In this document: piece after piece, positions 20,202-30,512 of the stretch
Layout: each line of letters opens with the position of its first letter
How positions within the stretch are numbered: the stretch's first letter is position 1
From: Ignavibacteriota bacterium
GTDB lineage: Bacteria; Bacteroidota; Ignavibacteria; UBA10030; UBA6906
Assembly (NCBI GenBank): GCA_963808715.1
Contig: CAWEHG010000036.1
Location: forward strand, 8,391-72,390
Length of the DNA: 64,000 nt
Reading direction: 5' to 3'
Notes under the pieces: generated by a model
Seen by the model: only the letters and a program-made list of their open reading frames with translations
Database searches by the model: none
Told to the model about the DNA's origin: nothing
Made by a program: the position numbers and the translations under genes

Positions 20202-21079
20202 GAGTAGAGCGTACCCGTATTCAGGATCGGCTGCGCCTGCGCGCTCGGAGACCAGCGCCACCAGCAGGTTGTTGGTCATCGCGGCCTTCTTCTCATCGTC
20301 GAGGCGGACGATGTTCTGCTCGCTCAGCATCTTCAGCGCGCTCTCCACCATCCCCACCGCCCCTTCCACGATCTTCTGCCGCGCGGCCACGATCGCCTCC
20401 GCCTGCTGCCGGCGCAGCATCGCCTGCGCGATCTCGGGGGCGTACGCCAGGTGCGTGAGGCGTCCTTCGGAGATCTCCACCCCCGCGACCTCCAGCCGCA
20501 TCTGGACCTGGTGCTTCAGGTTCTCGGAGATCTCGTTCGGGCTGCCGCGGAGCGAGGCCTTGTTCTCGTCGTGCGCGTCGTAGGGATAGTGCGATGCGAG
20601 ACTCCTGATCGCCGTTTCGCTCTGGATGGCGATAAAACCTTCGTAGTTCTCGACGTCGAAGAGGGCGCTTGGCGCTGTCCACCACCCGCCAGACGATGAC
20701 CGCCGCGATCTCGATCGGGATTCCCCATCAGATCGTTCACCTTCAGCTTCTCACTGTTGAAGTTGTGGATCCTCAGGGAAACGTGGCGTCTTCACGGTGA
20801 ACGGGTTGGTCCACCAGAAGCCCGCAGTCGCGGACGCTGCCGACGTATCTCCCGAGGAACACCAGGACCCGCGCTTCGTTCGGCTGGACGACAAAGTAGC
20901 CCGGCCACATCAGGAAGCCGATCAGGCCCAGCCCGATCCCCCAGAGAAGTGTGCCGAGTCTCGCGCTCCAGAAGTCCCGAGCGGAAGATCCAGACCGCAA
21001 GAGCCAGTATGACCAGGTTGAGAGCCGCGGCCAGGAAACCGCCGAGGTGAAATGCACGCTTCTCACGAATGTTGTCCAT
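20198..21079 (-). CDS. SPFH/Band-7 (stomatin/prohibitin-like) membrane protein; at least 4 frame changes
   Basis: Pieced together from ORFs 20792..21079 ([32 protein letters not shown], the TM anchor), 20773..21066, 20516..20740, 20293..20685 and 19797..20501. Recognised stretches: ..[98 protein letters not shown].. The expected end is ..[16 protein letters not shown] (TGA 20198-20200). The RBS AAGGAGG precedes ATG 21079. Confidence 0.7.
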
Positions 21080-21098
21080 CGATTCCTCCTTGGGTGGT

Positions 21099-21138
21099 GT
21101 GATATTACTATGATATCATTCTAATATCACATTGTCAA
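21099..21138 (-). promoter_or_regulatory. Candidate promoter (TTGACA-N17-TATCAT) overlapped by a 32-bp AT-rich palindromic operator upstream of the SPFH-RHH operon
   Basis: On the minus strand, TTGACA is at 21138-21133, followed by a 17-nt spacer and TATCAT at 21115-21110. The palindrome GTGATATTActATGAT|ATCATtcTAATATCAC spans 21099-21130 (14 of 16 positions symmetric) and lies 20-51 nt upstream of ATG 21079. Confidence 0.45.
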
Positions 21139-21231
21139 GGAAAATCGTATCGGAAAAAGTTGAAATTCATGGTCAGTTCCGCTATGTTCACCCAGCCGTG
21201 AACTTCCCCCCACCACTCCGGTAGAACCATC

Positions 21232-21589
21232 ATGCCCGCACGACGCACGAAACCGAGCACACGCAGGACTCCAGCCAGACGAAAAGGGGTCCGCAAGACC
21301 ATCGTCACATTGAAGCCGCTCCAGAGCGGCAAGGCGGCAGACGCCGTGGCCGCACGAGCGTAGCCACAAGGGCGTAGCCGCAAGCGGTGAAGACGCAGCG
21401 CGGGCGAAGATCCTGGAGTTGGAGGCGGAGAACCGCCGGCTGAAGGTCCAGCTGGCGGATCAGAGGAATTCTTCCACGATGATGTCCGCCCCTCTCGCGA
21501 AATCGGAGAGGAGCTACAAGGGGATGGCGATCACGTTCGCCTTCACGACGGTCGTGCTGATCGTGGTGGTGGTGCTGCTGACGATGTAG
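21232..21589 (+). CDS. Possible small basic/coiled-coil protein with C-terminal TM anchor; reading frame interrupted, start unclear
   Basis: ATG 21232 gives MPARRTKPSTRRTPARRKGVRKTIVTLKPLQSGKAADAVAARA*. A different frame continues with ..AKILELEAENRRLKVQLADQRNSSTMMSAPLAKSERSYKGMAITFAFTTVVLIVVVVLLTM* (TAG 21587-21589). The break coincides with a 14-bp tandem duplication at 21358-21384. Confidence 0.25.
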
Positions 21590-21590
21590 C

Positions 21591-22901
21591 TCATTTCTGC
21601 TGCGGCGCAGCGCCCTTCCCGACGATCGCTTCGATCTCTTTCCGCTGCTTCGGGATCCCTTCCGACAGCACCACGCTGCCGTTCTCGGTGACGAGCACGT
21701 CGTCTTCGATCCGGATCCCCCATCCCCGGTATCCTTCGGCGCGCGTGGTGTCGCCGGCCGGGATGTAGAGCCCCGGCTCCACCGTCACCACCATGCCGGC
21801 CCGGAGCGTGTCCATCATCCCCGCGTCGTGCGCGTCGACCCCGAGATGGTGCGAGGCTCCGTGTCCCCAGTACTTGCCGAACCCCGCAGCGTCCACGACC
21901 TCCCGCGCCTTCGTGTCGACCACCCGGAAGGGCGCGCCCGGACGGATCCCGGCGATGGCCGCCTCCTGGGCCTTCAGCACCAGGTCGTACACTTCCGCCT
22001 GCTCCTTCGTGAAGCGGCCGGAGATCGGGATGGTCCGGGTGACGTCGGCCGAGTAGCCGCCGTATTCGGCCCCCACGTCCATCACCACCAGCTCTCCCGC
22101 CTTCGCCTGCCGCCTGTTCAGCTCGTAGTGGTAGTCGAGCGTGTTGAGACCCGACCCGACGATCGAGGGGAATGCCGGACCCGCCGAGCCACGCCGGGTC
22201 ATCACGTATTCGATCTCGGCCTGAAGCTGGTACTCGAAGACCCCCGGGCCGCAGGCACGCATCGCGCGCTCGAGCCCTTCGCCGGTGATCGCCGCCGCTC
22301 TGCGGATCAGCTCCACCTCCGCCGGGGACTTGATCCCGCGGGCACGTGCCAGCAGCGCCGAAGCGTTCTTCACCTTCACGCCCGGGTAGGTCTGTTCGAA
22401 GGTTTTCCGGACGTCGCGATCGAGGAAGATCGACTTCCCGTTCAGCCAGTCGTTCACGAACTTGATGTCGGGGGCCGAGACATAGAGGGTCTTGACCTTC
22501 GATGCCACGGAGCGGAAGGCCTCGGGGAACCGGTCCACCTCCAGCTCCAGCTGTCCCGTGGTGACGGTCCCGCCGCCGTCGTGGTCGGCCGGGGAGACCA
22601 GCGGCGGAAAGATCGCCACCACCCCTCTGGTCCCGCCCACCGTGATGCCGCCCGGCGCGATGATCAGGTAGCTGTTGGGCGACTCGCTCCCGGTGAGATA
22701 CCAGAGATTGCTCTCCTGGCGGTACCGGTAGTTCACGTCGTTCGCCCGCATCCGGATGTCCGACGCGCGCATCACCAGCGCGGCGGAGGAGTCCAGCTGG
22801 GCCGCCACCGCGAAGCGGCGGTGAGCGAACTCCTCCGGCGTGATCCCGGCGACGGCCTGCAGGCTGCAGAGGATCAGCAGCGCCCCGATGCTCGTTCGCA
22901 T
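21591..22901 (-). CDS. Secreted Xaa-Pro aminopeptidase / prolidase (M24B family)
   Basis: Signal peptide MRTSIGALLILCSLQAVAG (ATG 22901). The M24 pita-bread fold shows metal-ligand contexts ..VVMDVGAEYGGYSADVTRT.., ..GHGASHHLGVDAHD.., ..VVTVEPGLY.. and ..GIRIEDDVLVT.. The gene is intact. Confidence 0.85.
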   Translation of the reverse strand: MRTSIGALLILCSLQAVAGITPEEFAHRRFAVAAQLDSSAALVMRASDIRMRANDVNYRYRQESNLWYLTGSESPNSYLIIAPGGITVGGTRGVVAIFPPLVSPADHDGGGTVTTGQLELEVDRFPEAFRSVASKVKTLYVSAPDIKFVNDWLNGKSIFLDRDVRKTFEQTYPGVKVKNASALLARARGIKSPAEVELIRRAAAITGEGLERAMRACGPGVFEYQLQAEIEYVMTRRGSAGPAFPSIVGSGLNTLDYHYELNRRQAKAGELVVMDVGAEYGGYSADVTRTIPISGRFTKEQAEVYDLVLKAQEAAIAGIRPGAPFRVVDTKAREVVDAAGFGKYWGHGASHHLGVDAHDAGMMDTLRAGMVVTVEPGLYIPAGDTTRAEGYRGWGIRIEDDVLVTENGSVVLSEGIPKQRKEIEAIVGKGAAPQQK

Positions 22902-22912
22902 GTCCGGTACCT

Positions 22913-23740
22913 TCAGTTCTTGATGAGTCTCTTGGTGATCGTCATCGACGAGGAGGAGGGGATCGTCATGTTCTGCTGGCCGGTGATGGCCGCGGTGCTT
23001 TCGGTCTCGATCGTCCCCTCCTGCGCCACGATGTATCCCTTGAGCCCCCAGTAGAGGGTCCCGGCGACCTTCCCGGTCCCTTCCACGAAGAAGTCCATTC
23101 CGCGCATCGTCCCCTTGCCGTTGGTGGAGAACGTCCCGGCATAGGTGACCTTCACGCAGTCGTAGCCGTTCTTTTTCTCTTTGCCGACCAGCGTGTACTC
23201 CATCTTCGTGTCGGTCACCATCTTGCCCCCCATGCTCTCCACGGTGTCGTTGATGGCGCCGGTCCACTTGCCGCCCACCGCGACCGGCTCGGGGGACAGG
23301 ACGTGGTACGTGGCCGATTCACGGAGCCCCTGGCTGCGCATCCCCTCGATCTTCACGGAATCGACCACGATCCGCTCCAGGACCTTTCCGAGCGCGCTCA
23401 GCACCAGCTTCTTCCGCTTCCCCATCAGCTGCGTCTGCACCATCGTGGTGTCCATGCGGGCGCTCTTCACGGACGAGACCATCGAGTCGGCCGAGGCGAT
23501 CAACACCAGGGAGCCGTCGGGACGGACGTCGTCCACCACGAGCCGGTTGATGCTCCTGTTCCGCGTGGTGTTCTTCATCTCCTGCCCCATCATCTCCTGG
23601 ACGGACGTCCCGGCGATGACATCTTCATAGAGGAAGGTCTTCCCCTTCTCCATCTGGTACTTCAGCTGGAACTTCTCCTGCGCGAGGGCGGTTGCTGCCG
23701 CCAGGATCAGGAGAAGGGCGAACATCGTGCGTGTGGACAT
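22913..23740 (-). CDS. Secreted hypothetical protein
   Basis: Intact 275-aa ORF with the signal peptide MSTRTMFALLLILAAATALAQ and no motif I recognise. It is on the same strand as the aminopeptidase gene and 11 nt upstream of it. Confidence 0.6.
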   Translation of the reverse strand: MSTRTMFALLLILAAATALAQEKFQLKYQMEKGKTFLYEDVIAGTSVQEMMGQEMKNTTRNRSINRLVVDDVRPDGSLVLIASADSMVSSVKSARMDTTMVQTQLMGKRKKLVLSALGKVLERIVVDSVKIEGMRSQGLRESATYHVLSPEPVAVGGKWTGAINDTVESMGGKMVTDTKMEYTLVGKEKKNGYDCVKVTYAGTFSTNGKGTMRGMDFFVEGTGKVAGTLYWGLKGYIVAQEGTIETESTAAITGQQNMTIPSSSSMTITKRLIKN

Positions 23741-23826
23741 TGTGCTGTGCTCCCTGGTGTGAGGACGTATGTGGTTTCTCGCAAAGCCGCAAAGTTTCGA
23801 GAGCGCAAAGGAATTTCTGTATGCTT

Positions 23827-25422
23827 CTATTTGTTCATTACGGTGTAGCGGCGCGGGTCGTTGGCGAGGCGCAGCGCGGTCAGGAATGCCAGCTTCGCCG
23901 CCGAGGCGACCTTGGCGTTGTCGATCAGCTCCGCCTGGTCGCCGACCTGATGGTAGTCCTGGTGGACGCCGGAGAAGAGGAAGACCGCCGGGACCCCCTT
24001 CTTCAGGAAGCTCATGTGGTCGCTCCCCCCCTGCTCCTTCCGCATATCGACCAGCGCGAAGCCGACGCGGGCGTTCTCCTCCCAGACGATGCGGGCGAGG
24101 TCGGGCGCCTGTCCGCCGCCGATGACGTAGAGCGAATCGGTGCCGTTCCGCCCCACCATGTCGAGGTTCAGCATGCCGGCGGTCGCGGCCAGCGGGATGG
24201 AAGGATTCCGGACATAAAACTCGGAGCCGAAGAGCCCCTTCTCTTCACCCGCGAACGCGATGAAGAGCAGGCTCCGGGCCGGGCGGATCCCGGAGCGTCC
24301 GAACGCCGCCGCCACGGCCATCATGGCCGAGGTGCCGGAAGCGTTGTCGTCCGCCCCGTTGTAGATGCTGTCGATGCCGGTCCCCTGCCCGCGGATCGAA
24401 CCGACGTGGTCATAGTGCGCCCCGACCACCACGAACTCGTTCTTCAGGACCGGGTCGCTCCCTTCGATCTTTCCGAGCACGTTGTCCGCCGAAACGTCCT
24501 TGATGTCGGTGGTGGTCTGCACCAGCACCTGCGCGCCCGGGATCAGGAACGAATGGGGGCGCATGGTGGAATCGATGAGCCGCTGGATGGCGCGCAGCGA
24601 ATCGAGACTCCCGAAGAGACGGGCCATCACCTGCTCCCCGACGTGGATCACGGGGATCTTTTCGGCCTCGTCGCTGCCGAGCGTCACCGGGAGCGCATCC
24701 TTGGGGAGGAACTTTGAAAGCGAAGGCCAGGGGAACCCGCGCGGGGTCAGCGAGGTATGGTTCAGCGGGTCGGTCGCCACCAGCACGGCGGCGGCGCCGG
24801 CGGCCTTCGCCATCTTCACCTTCCGCGCAACGTTCGAATAGTCGGTGGCCTTCCGCCCGTCGAACACCGAAGAGGTGTCCTCCTCGCGCGGCTCGTGGCG
24901 GAGGACGAACACCACCTTCCCCTTCACGTCCATCCCGGCGTAGTCGTCGTAGGTGTATTCCGGAGCGGTGATCCCGTAGCCGCAGAAGACCACGCCTGCC
25001 CGGACCTCGCGGTTGGCGGTCATCTCGAACGGGGTGAAATCGTTCTTGATGGCGAACTGCTTCTCGCCCGCGGCGTCGGAGATCGACAGGTTGTTGACCG
25101 GCCCCAGGCTCACGATGCTCAGCTTGACGCGCTGGCGGTAGCTGTCACCAACAGGCTGGAGCCCGTTCTTGCGGAACTCGCGGGTGATGTAGGCGGCGGC
25201 GGTGTCGAGGCCCGGACTGGGAGTGTTCCGTCCCATGAGGGCATCGGATGCCAGGAAGCCGACGTGATGTTTCACCAGCTCCGGCGTGATGGTTCCCAGT
25301 GCGGAATCGACCGCGCGGTCGGGGCTCTGGGAACAGGCAAGGAAGAGCAGCGGGAAGACGAGGACCAGTCTGCGCAAAGGGGGACCTTTCGTGAAGTTGG
25401 GGAGTGAAAAAAGGGATATCAA
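23827..25422 (-). CDS. M28-family zinc aminopeptidase with PA-domain-like insert
   Basis: Intact 531 aa with a lipoprotein-like N-terminus (..LLFLACSQSP..). M28 motifs: VVGAHYDHVG, GADDNASGTSAMMAVA, FAGEEKGLFGS and SDHMSF. Confidence 0.85.
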   Translation of the reverse strand: MISLFSLPNFTKGPPLRRLVLVFPLLFLACSQSPDRAVDSALGTITPELVKHHVGFLASDALMGRNTPSPGLDTAAAYITREFRKNGLQPVGDSYRQRVKLSIVSLGPVNNLSISDAAGEKQFAIKNDFTPFEMTANREVRAGVVFCGYGITAPEYTYDDYAGMDVKGKVVFVLRHEPREEDTSSVFDGRKATDYSNVARKVKMAKAAGAAAVLVATDPLNHTSLTPRGFPWPSLSKFLPKDALPVTLGSDEAEKIPVIHVGEQVMARLFGSLDSLRAIQRLIDSTMRPHSFLIPGAQVLVQTTTDIKDVSADNVLGKIEGSDPVLKNEFVVVGAHYDHVGSIRGQGTGIDSIYNGADDNASGTSAMMAVAAAFGRSGIRPARSLLFIAFAGEEKGLFGSEFYVRNPSIPLAATAGMLNLDMVGRNGTDSLYVIGGGQAPDLARIVWEENARVGFALVDMRKEQGGSDHMSFLKKGVPAVFLFSGVHQDYHQVGDQAELIDNAKVASAAKLAFLTALRLANDPRRYTVMNK

Positions 25423-25449
25423 GAGTTATACGAATGGGAACCCGTGGTG

Positions 25450-26819
25450 TTACACCTCGGGGCTCTTTCCCTGCCGCCGGAGCCGCTCCTCGCTTTGCCG
25501 GAGTTCCGCCAGGACGTGCAACCGGTCCATGACATTCCCCATGATATCCCCCAGCACGCGGAGCAGCCGGAGATCCTCGCCGTTCCACATCCGTCCGCGT
25601 TCCTCGGCGGTGCAGGTCAGGAACCCGTGGAGGCTGCGGCTCACAAGGACCGGCACGATGGCCAGCGACCGGACGCCGTGGTCCGCCCAGAAGCGCCCTT
25701 CGGCCGCGGCTTCGCGGGGAAGGTCGTCCACCTGGTAGAGGCAGACCGTTTCGCCCGCGGCGAGGCGGGCGAGGGACCAGTGCAGCGCGGGGAGATGCTC
25801 TGCAAGCGCGGGTCCGAGCACGATCCGGCCGTCATTCCCCCACTCGTGGAACTGGCGGAGGCCCGTTCCCTCCCGGTCAAGGAAGCAGAGCGTGACCCGG
25901 TCGGCGCCGGTGAACTCGCCCAGCGAGGCGAGAAGGTCCGGAAGCTCCCGTTCCACCTCTTCCGGCGTCAGGGCGATGAGGCGCGAGGAGAAGTCCGCGA
26001 CGAAGTGCTCCTTTTCCAGGCGGCGGAGCAGGGTCCGTTCGACGCGGCGCTGCTCGGTGATGTCGCGGACGATCGCCTCGGTCGTTCCGTCCTCCAGGCG
26101 GCGCGCGTTCACATCCACCGGCACCTGGCGTCCGTCGGGGCGCCGCAGCAATCCTTCGGTCCGGACCGTCGCCCCGGTCTCGCCCGGGAGCGGGAATGAC
26201 GGCTGGTCCCCCGCGACCAGCAGCTCGGAGAGGGGACGTTCCATCACCTCCTGCCGCGAGCAGCCGAGCAGGCGGAGAGCCATGCCGTTGACGTCGACGA
26301 TCGTGCCGGAGGGGTCGATCAGGAGGATCGCGTCGGCGGCGTCCTCCAGCAGCGTCCGGTAGCGGCGTTCGCTGGAGCGGACCTTGCGCCCGACGCCGTG
26401 GTTGAAGAGGGCCATCTCGACGGTGGTACGGAGTTCCCGTTCTTCGAACGGCTTGAGCACGTAGCCGTACGGGGTGACCTGTTTGGCCCGCTCGATGGTC
26501 GAGTCGTCGGAGTAGGCGGTGGCGAAGACCACCGGGACGTCCATCTCCCGGCGGATGCGCCGCGGCCGTATCGATCCCGTCCATCGTCCCGCCGATCCCG
26601 ATGTCCATGAGGATCAGGTCCGGTTTGACGGCGCGGGCCTTGGTGATCGCGGCTTCGCCCGAATGGGCGACCCCTCCGACGACGTAGCCGAGGGCGATGA
26701 GGCGGCGGCGGATATCCTCCGCGACGATCATTTCGTCTTCGACCACCATGATGGTGGCCGGAGTGCGCGGGCTCGTCGACCTCCTCGTCCGGAGACGTGG
26801 GAACATGCTCGTCAGCCAT
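25450..26819 (-). CDS. Response-regulator receiver + PAS + GAF protein without a recognisable output domain; 2 frame changes
   Basis: Receiver: ..[18 protein letters not shown].., ..[16 protein letters not shown].., ..VVFATAY.., ..LKPF.. PAS: ..[25 protein letters not shown].. The C-terminus is GAF-like. Pieces: 26319..26819 (start MADEHVP..), 25877..26806 and 25450..26544. Confidence 0.75.
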
Positions 26820-26843
26820 GGGCGCCCTGGATCAGCCTCCTCC

Positions 26844-28152
26844 TCACAGATACTTCAGCTCGTACGCGCTCTTCTCAAGCCCTTCCCTGAACTGCGGCGC
26901 CGCGATCGCGATGAGCGCCTTCACGCGCTGGCGGATGGTCTTCGCATAGAGATCGGCGACCCCGTGTTCGGTGACGACGTAGCGGACATGGTTCCGGGTC
27001 GTGACCACCCCTCCGCCCGGCGGATCATGGGGACGATCTTGCTGACCGTCCTGCCCCTTGACCGTGGCCGTGGACGGGAGCGCGATGATCGGGACTCCCC
27101 CCTTGCTCCGGGAGGCGCCGTAGATGAAGTCCACCTGTCCGCCGACCCCGCTGTAGAGGCGGGGGCCGATGCTGTCGGAGCACACCTGCCCGGTCAGGTC
27201 GACCTCGATCGCCGAATTGATCGCCACCATCCGGTCGTTCTGGGCGATGATGAACGGATCGTTGACGTACTCGGTCGGGTGCATTTCCACGATCGGGTTG
27301 TCGTGCACGAACTCGTAGAGCCGTTTGGTCCCCAGCATGAACCCCGCAATGATCTTCCCGGGATGGAGCGACTTCATCTCGCCGTCGATGACTCCCGCGC
27401 TCCACGAGATCGATGATCCCGTCGGAGAACATCTCCGTGTGGACGCCCAGGTGTTTGTGGCCGTCGAGCTGCATGGAGCACGGCATCCGGGATCGCCGCC
27501 GATCCCCATCTGGAGCGTGGCGCCGTCCGGGATCAGTCCGGCGATATGCGGGCGATCCGCCGCGGCGAGTTCCGAGGGGTCCCCCATGGGTGTTTCCGGG
27601 AGCTCGTAGTCCACCGGAACCACATGAGTCGATCTTGGAGATGTGGATGAACGCGTCCCCGAGCGTCCGGGGCATGTTGGGATTCACCTCGGCGATGACG
27701 ACGCTTGGCGCGATTGCGCCGCAGTCTTGGTGACGCCCACTTCGACGCCGAGCGAGCAGAAGCCGTGTTCGTCCGGCGGGGCTGACGTGGATCAGAGCGA
27801 CGTCAAGCGGGAGAGGCCGTTCTTGAACAGGCGCGGGATCTCGGACAGGAAACAGGGGGTGAAGTCGGCCCGGCCTTCGTTGACCGCCTGCCGGACGTTG
27901 TCGCTGATGAAGAGCGTGTTCACGCGGATATGCCCGTCCATCTCGGGGGCGACGTAGTCGGCGCTGCCCGATGGTGAGCACCTGGACGATCTCGACATCG
28001 TTCAGCTCCTGGCGCGCGTCCACGAGCGCCGCCAGGACCTTCTGCGGGACGGAGCAGTTTCCCGTGAGGAAGACCCGCTGCCCCGACTGGATGGCGCTGA
28101 CCGCCTCCTCGGCGGTGACGGTCCGCTGCTGGAAGATGTCCGTCCAGCTCAC
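26844..28152 (-). pseudogene. Acetyl-CoA hydrolase/transferase family (4-hydroxybutyrate CoA-transferase-like), about 10 frame changes
   Basis: The RBS AAGGAGG precedes GTG 28152: VSWTDIFQQRTVTAEEAVSAIQSGQRVFLTGNCSVPQKVLAALVD.. Further pieces: ..SADYVAPEMDGHIRVNTLFISDNVRQAVNEGRADFTPCFLSEIPRLF.., ..VVIAEVNPNMPRTLGDAFIHISKID.., ..HLGVHTEMFSDGIIDLVERG.., ..AINSAIEVDLTGQVCSDSIGPRLYSGVGGQVDFIYGASRSKGGVPIIALPST.. These are scattered over all three minus frames. Confidence 0.75.
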
Positions 28153-29272
28153 GGCGACCCTCCTTGCCGCCAAGATGCGCGGCGAGCGACGGGTTGACGA
28201 TCACGCCGGCCGTGGGTCGCGACGCCCGCGCTGGAGCGCGGAGCGACGTCCTGCAGCGCCGCCTCCAACCCGCGCTCGGCGATCTCCCGCATGTACGGCC
28301 AGGCGGCGTTGTTGAACGCATGGGTCGCCGTGCGCGCGACGACCGAGGTCATGTTCGGGACGCAGTAGTGGATGATATTCTCCTCGACGAAGGTCGGGTC
28401 GCGGTGCGTGGTCGGCCGGCTCGTCTCCACGCATCCGCCCTGGTCGATGGAGATATCCATGATCGACCGAGCGGGGCTTCATCGCTTGCACCATCTCGCC
28501 GCGTGACGACGATGGGCGCCCGTTCGCCCGGGACGAGCACGGCGCCCACGAGCACGTCGGCGAACCGGACGACCTTCCGGATATTGAAGTCGTGCGACAC
28601 CATCGTGACGAGGCGTCCTGCCATGCCGGCGATCGTCGTCCAGGTACTGCAGGCGCGCCAGATCGTGGTCCAGCACGTAGACGCTCGCGCCTGGCGGCGA
28701 GGAACGCCAGCGCGGCGGCGGTCCCGAACGTGCCCGCCCCGATGATCACCACTTCCGCCGGCGGAACGCCGGGGACGCCGCCCAGCAGGATCCCTTTCCC
28801 GCCGTGGTTGTTCTGCAGGAGCGTGCGCGGCGATCTGCGGCGTCATCCTCCCCGCCGCCTGGCTGAGCGGCACCAGCACCGGGAGCGTGCCCGTCTCGTC
28901 CTGATCATGCTCGTAGGCGATGGCGGTGATCTTCTTTTGCCATCAGCACCGGCGATCTCGGCCGGGCGCAGACCGCGAGGTGCAGGAACCCCATCACGAT
29001 CGCCCCGTCCTGCAGCAGCTCCACCTCTCCTCCGGGGTCGGCCGCCGACCTTGATCACGAGATCCGCCCGGCCGAACAGCTTCTTCCGGGGAATAGACGA
29101 TCCGGGCGCCGGCGCGTTCTGATAGTCATGGTCGGAGAAGCCGGCGCCCCGGCCGGCGTCCGTTTCCACGATACACGGCATGGCCGGCGGCGGTCAGCAG
29201 CTCGACGCCCGCCGGCGTCAGGCCCACCCGGTGTTCGTCTGCGCGGTGCTCGCGCGGTACGCCGATGTTCAT
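28149..29272 (-). pseudogene. ald: Alanine dehydrogenase, about 8-10 frame changes
   Basis: ATG 29272 gives [34 protein letters not shown], then [21 protein letters not shown].. in another frame. The C-terminal half lies in ORF 28149..28460 (..IDQGGCVETSRPTTHRDPTFVEENIIHYCVPNMTSVVARTATHAFNNAAWPYMREIAERGLEAAL..). The NAD-binding middle is split across several frames, and the exact 3' end is uncertain. Confidence 0.75.
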
Positions 29273-29303
29273 GCGATCCTCAGGGAAATTCAACGAGTTG
29301 CGC

Positions 29304-30395
29304 TCAATAGATTCCGTATTCGTCGGCGGCATCGTACATCGCGACGACATTCGCCGTCGGCGAGTTGTCCTGCAGCATATGGGTCGGGCGAGAACGCGTA
29401 GCCTCCCCCGGGCTTCATCGTCTCCATCGTCTCTTCGCACCATGCGCACGGTCTCTTCCACGCTCCCGTGGGCGACCACTCCGCCGGTGTGAGATGCACC
29501 CGTGGAATGCCAGCCGGTCACCGCACCGTGCTCTTCAGATAGTCGCCGGGGACATGTCCTTCGCCTCCGGCTGCAGCGTGTCGACGATCGTGATCCCCAT
29601 CTCCAGGAAATCATCGTACGCCCAGCTGCTGGACCCGCAGGAGTGCATCATCACCGGGATCCCGAAGCTTCGGGCGCAGATCCACAAAGGGCTGGTGACG
29701 GGGGCCGGATATGTTTCCGGAAGAGCGTCGAGGCTGATCAGCGGGCCCGCGTTGCGTACCCAGATCCTCCCCGAGCCAGAGGATGTCGATCTCCCCGCGC
29801 GCCGCCTCGAGGGTACGCCGGAGCACCTCCAGCTGGATGGCATTCTTCCGTGTCCATGAAGAGGAGGCGGCCGGTTCGTCGGTCATCAGGTCGACCAGGA
29901 CCTGTTCCATGGTCCGGACCATACCGGCGGTATTGATGATGTCCCCCGCGCCGGGATTCCCGACAAGGAGAGCAGTAGTGCCGCTGCTCCTGCACAGATC
30001 CGCGGATGGCGGCGTAGTCGAAGTCGTCCGGGCGAAGGCATCGGCCAGCGCGGCCACCTCCTCCTCGTCGCGTCGCGCAGGGGGAAATCGCAGAAGTCCC
30101 AGTAGCCCCCCGCCTCATGTTCCACCCAGCGGGTGCGGACGCCCCAGAGGTCGACCTGGCGCCGGTCGGGGACTCGGGATGGAGGGGAGGACCGACGTAG
30201 GGGGGGATGATCTCGAAGAAATCCACGCCAAGCGCCCGGCGGAGGCCCTCATCGTCGTCCGGTCGGAGACCGTAATGCGTCTTTCAGGCGCGCGTCGATG
30301 CCCGGATTGGCCAGATAGTCGATCGGGACCCGGTCGGGTTCCTGCCGCGCGAAGGCGAGCCGAACGCGTTCTTTTGAAGAGAGGGGATGTTTCAT
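29304..30395 (-). pseudogene. Uroporphyrinogen-decarboxylase (URO-D) family protein (MtaA/CmuA-like), about 6-8 frame changes
   Basis: MKHPLSSKERVRLAFARQEPDRVPIDYLANPGIDARLKDAL.., ..VDLWGVRTRWVEHEAGGYWDFCDFPL.., ..GEIDILWLGEDLGTQ.., ..[35 protein letters not shown].., ..[25 protein letters not shown] (TGA 29304-29306). Confidence 0.6.
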
Positions 30396-30512
30396 GGCGT
30401 GCCGGAAATTACGGAAACTTGGCCGAGAATGCAAAGAACCGGGGCGCGGGCTTCCTTGCAGCTTGAAAGACCATTCGGTATCTTCCAGCACCCACTTTTG
30501 ACGGAGCTCGCC

